DNA of 64,000 bases. Source: the human T2T-CHM13v2.0 reference genome, Homo sapiens. Under the pieces are notes generated by a model. It was given only the letters and a program-made list of their open reading frames with translations. It ran no database searches and was not told where the DNA came from. The DNA lies in NCBI RefSeq assembly GCF_009914755.1, contig NC_060927.1; one strand, given 5' to 3'. Position 1 is the first letter of the stretch, and each line of letters opens with the position of its first letter. Below, piece after piece: positions 59,833 through 64,000 of the stretch. Made by a program: the position numbers and the translations under genes.

Positions 59833-59835
<3 letters not shown>

Positions 59836-60208
59836 ATCTGTTTAATTTTGCATCACCCAAAGTTCCTCAAATTTGTTTCACCTGCTAGTATTTTCACACT
59901 CTCCCTCGCCATCCTGAGGACAGGCATTTTGCTCTATGGATCTCACCTTAAATTCTCAAGCCTGAAAAACACCTTATCACAAAGACATTTTCTTGGCAGA
60001 AGCATGTTTATGAATACTATGAGTAGATATTGGTTGCTTTGCTTTCTCTAACTGCCGATCCTTGTGACAATTACTGCTTTTCATTTTTTTTCCCCTAGAA
60101 AAGGCTATCTAGGAATATTTTAAGGTAGTAAAATAACATGTTATTTCCTAGACAATCAAATGTAAGTATACGTTTGGTAAATCACCTCACAAAAGGTTAT
60201 TTCTTTTA

Positions 60209-60421
<213 letters not shown>

Positions 60422-60467
60422 TCAAGGACATATATTGTCATGCTGGGAGTTACTTTTTTCCCCTTTA

Positions 60468-60701
<234 letters not shown>

Positions 60702-63189
60702 TCAAGCAGTCTGACTTGAATTTCTAGACAATTAGGAGTTTAATAAACCATTTTAAGATCTTCTCTGATGTGGGTCATGTATGTCCCCATGACCCTCCTC
60801 CCAAACAGACATCTCCACAAATAAAACAGAGTTTGCCAAAGAAAACACTGCTCTAAAATTCTAGCCAAGGTATATGTTTCTCACTCCTCCCCTGCCACTG
60901 AAAAAAGGCAGTCCCATCAAAGTGCTGCACCACAGCAGAATTCTCTTCCAGAACTTTAAAGTCTGATAATTAATGTCTCTACCAATGTTTCCTGCAATTT
61001 ATCAGCAATATTTAGTGAGTCGGCTTAATTTCCTCAACTGAATATTAATATCAGAAGTGTACTAACAACTTGTTAAACACACATATAATATCCACTTTCT
61101 TTCCCACTGCTTTTAATAAAGCACAACTGAAAATATGGAACTCCTGACAGATCTTGTTTGGTATCACTCATGAAAAGTCCTATAGTAATAGCTATATGTT
61201 CTTTACTAATAATTTCTTCATTAAGACCAAGGCAAGTAGCAACCAACTATGAGCAAGTTGTATTTTTAATATTTAATTGTAGGTTGACTGAAACTCGTCA
61301 TACATTTTCTAACAAAGAAAATGCTAAATGTGGTGTTAGGTTCCATTATAAGATTCACCTGTGCATGCCCATTTAATTCAGTGCACCATCAAATCTAGAA
61401 GTTACCAGGAGACCTATGGCTTATAGTAGGCACTTTCGTGTTTACTGAATACATGTATCTTCCCATCACATTTAACTATTATATGGGAAAATATGTTAAC
61501 TATTCCAAACTGAGATACCTATAATATATATCTTTCCACTGGAGTCCTGGAACAAAAGACATCCCACAAATCCCAACTACCTGTGGTCTATCTTCCATTT
61601 ACATTTCCCAAGGATCTTACTCAGCTTTGGTCCGGCTTCCTGTTATTTTATTTTCATGACACATAGTGGTTAAAAGCATGGGCTTGAGATTCAGACCTGG
61701 GATCAAATCACCTTTTTTTCCTACTCATTAGCTGTGTGCCTTATTTTTCTCATCTGTTAAAATGGGGTGATGACAATAATTCCCCTCTCATGGATAAAAG
61801 TATATGCAATGTTTAAGCTCTGTGCCTGACATACAATAAGCACTCAATACACATTTATTACAGCTACTACTTTTTATTACTATGAGACCTTGTATAAGTT
61901 ATTTAAGCTCTCTGCAAAATGAGAAAGTCGAAATATGATTTCAACAGTTAATTTACTGCAGCCATAAAAGCCCATTATTCTTCTAGCTAAGGCACAAGAG
62001 TAAGAAGAAAATAACTAAATCAAGTGAATTGTTAGGTGAATCCCATTCATGTTTTGGGACAATGTTTCCCAAAATCTGTTTTACCAATCATTTCCTATGC
62101 ACTCCTCTGAGTCTTTACTACACCAATATGCCTGTGACCGTCCAAGCTGGGGAGGTGGTGTTTCTCAGGCTTACTGGGAGACAGTTTAGCACAATGGTGA
62201 CTAGGTCAGATTCTGGAGTCAGACTGTCTTATCTGACTTTGCATTCTATGCTCTTCAATTTCCTGGATGGGACTTAAGCAAAGTTACTTAAATTCTCAGT
62301 GCCTCAGTTTTCTCGTGTGCACATTGGGAATAAGAGAATTATCTAAGGAAATTGGGGCAAAGATGATCCAAGAAGATTGTTTGGAATACTGCCTGGCACA
62401 CAAAAACTGCTCAGAAGTGATTAGCATATTTTTGGTACCATGTGTTTATTATTGTCATCATAATGTTAAAAGCATATTGTTCGTATATTTTAATGACGCT
62501 ATTTTAACAGCAAATTATTTTCAGAGCTTTTGGAGGAAAACTAGCTCCTTCATATGACTCCCATTTGAGGGCAGTTAACCAGCAGAACCAAGGTGATGAA
62601 TCAGTGATATTTTATAAAGTACGCTCACTGTGTCACTAAATAGGACAAACAAGCTGTATAGCCCATCGCTGTGACTCTCCAGAACTTTCATAAACACGTG
62701 TATTGGTCCTTTAGCAAACTTCATATTGCTCATTGCAATTAATTTTATGGAGACTCTCAGAAATCACCAGGTTGTTCAGGCCATGGGGAAATCACAATCA
62801 GGATACTAAAAAGAATGTCTCCTTGTAATCAAAGTGATTATAATGATTGAATTGTACAGAGGTTCCTCTTTACAGTTCTTGTGTGTTGTTGGTAGCCAGA
62901 GTTTTCTGAGCAGATCAGATTCCATTCTCAAATTATTTTTATTTTTCTGCTGCTTTCATAATTTGATGAGATAATCACCCAATACACAGAATTCCTTTAT
63001 TATTTTTATTCCCATCCTTTATTTGCTATTTTTTTTCCTCATCTGTATGTCTGTGAAACTCTTTTTTGGGTTGAAGCTTAATTTTAAGCATAGTAAAATT
63101 AACATTTAGCATGGAAATGTCGATTTGACCTTGCTGAATTTTCCTCATTTGTTGTTTATCTTAATCTATGAAGCACCACCATTTAAGGA

Positions 63190-63390
63190 TGGTTTAAACG
63201 TGCCAAGCACTGTGCTAAGTCCATTACCACATACTTCATTTGACTCTCACCACTCAATAAAATAGGTGCAATTATGGCCCCAGTTTACAAATGAAGACAC
63301 TGGGGTGTAGAAAATGTAGGTAATATGTCTAAGGTCACTCAGGCAGCAGGTGGAGATACTGGGAATTAAACCCAGGACCTGCCTGACAGT
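63190..63390 (-). mobile_element. MIR (other intronic MIRs at about 61660-61860 and 62180-62430, + strand)
   Basis: CCCCAGTTTACAAATGAAGACACTG...AAGGTCAC core. Confidence 0.7.
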
Positions 63391-64000
63391 GAACTTTTAG
63401 TTTTTGGTTTACATAGGAATCATGTGTTGGTATTGAGGAAATCATATCTAATTGGAACATTCCTTTCAAAAAAGAAATAATTTTATTTTACTGTATAAAT
63501 ACTACCAACCTCACCAAGCAGTATCAGAGATGAATTAAAATATGAAACACCCTGCTTTGATGGCTAGATTTTATAAGCCATCCTCAGAGCAGCACCAAAA
63601 TAATTTTAGGTATACCCTAGATTTCCAGGATGTTTTTATACTATCAATAAAGTTATGCTTGTTTTAATGAACTTTTACTTCTTCATTTGGAATTAAACCA
63701 GGATTGTATTTGCTGAAATGCTCTCTAGCGCTTTAAAATATAAAGATGAGCCCATTATAAAAAAGAGCTTTATCCCAAAGCAAAATTGACTACTTACGGT
63801 GGAAAAAATATAAAAGAAGGGCCTGAAACAAGAGTATGAGTCTCCCTGCCCTCCAGAAACAGTATTAGAAAGAGGTGTCAATGTATTTGACTTTTAAAAC
63901 TGCAAGGCACATGGACAGATTAGGTACTTTATGACAAATTCCAGAAAGTACCCAACATCCTTTATTAAACAGTGTTTATACCTACTTTAGCTCTCCCAGA

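Noticed and set aside
63342-63358. GCAGCAGGTGGAGAT, a weak CTCF-like motif
   Set aside because: Several mismatches at informative positions and lies in a MIR. Much weaker than the 37.9-kb site.

Overview
Human (primate) genomic DNA containing the 3' end of MAGI1, the membrane-associated guanylate kinase with inverted domain arrangement. The gene was recognised from its peptide sequence and lies on the minus strand at about 49.2-64 kb. About 49 kb of repeat-rich intergenic DNA lies downstream of it (1-49 kb). Six coding exons can be read with exact GT/AG boundaries and consistent phases: 60493-60586, 60305-60365, 59105-59248, 56839-56977, an 89-nt cassette at 54704-54792, and the terminal exon from 52772. 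Together they explain the three known C-termini. MAGI1-a reads through a donor (...PGMTP). MAGI1-b includes the 89-nt exon and frameshifts (...KVFRK). MAGI1-c skips it and gets a long Arg/Ser-Pro-rich tail (...STDLSI). Nearly all other ORFs in the track are artefacts of Alu, L1, L2, MIR, MaLR or microsatellite sequence. I found no convincing undescribed biological system. The best leads are regulatory: (i) a near-perfect CTCF motif with retained CpGs in an L2 relic about 11 kb past the gene end; (ii) a tightly packed polyA/PTB/branch-point/RBFOX module controlling the a/b/c choice; (iii) the b reading frame staying open for 203 codons beyond its single TGA; (iv) a cluster of miR-101/144 seed matches in the 3' UTR; (v) a 4x TGTAAATA forkhead-like array. 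Repeat subfamily names come from memory of the consensus sequences, and their boundaries are approximate unless TSDs are quoted.
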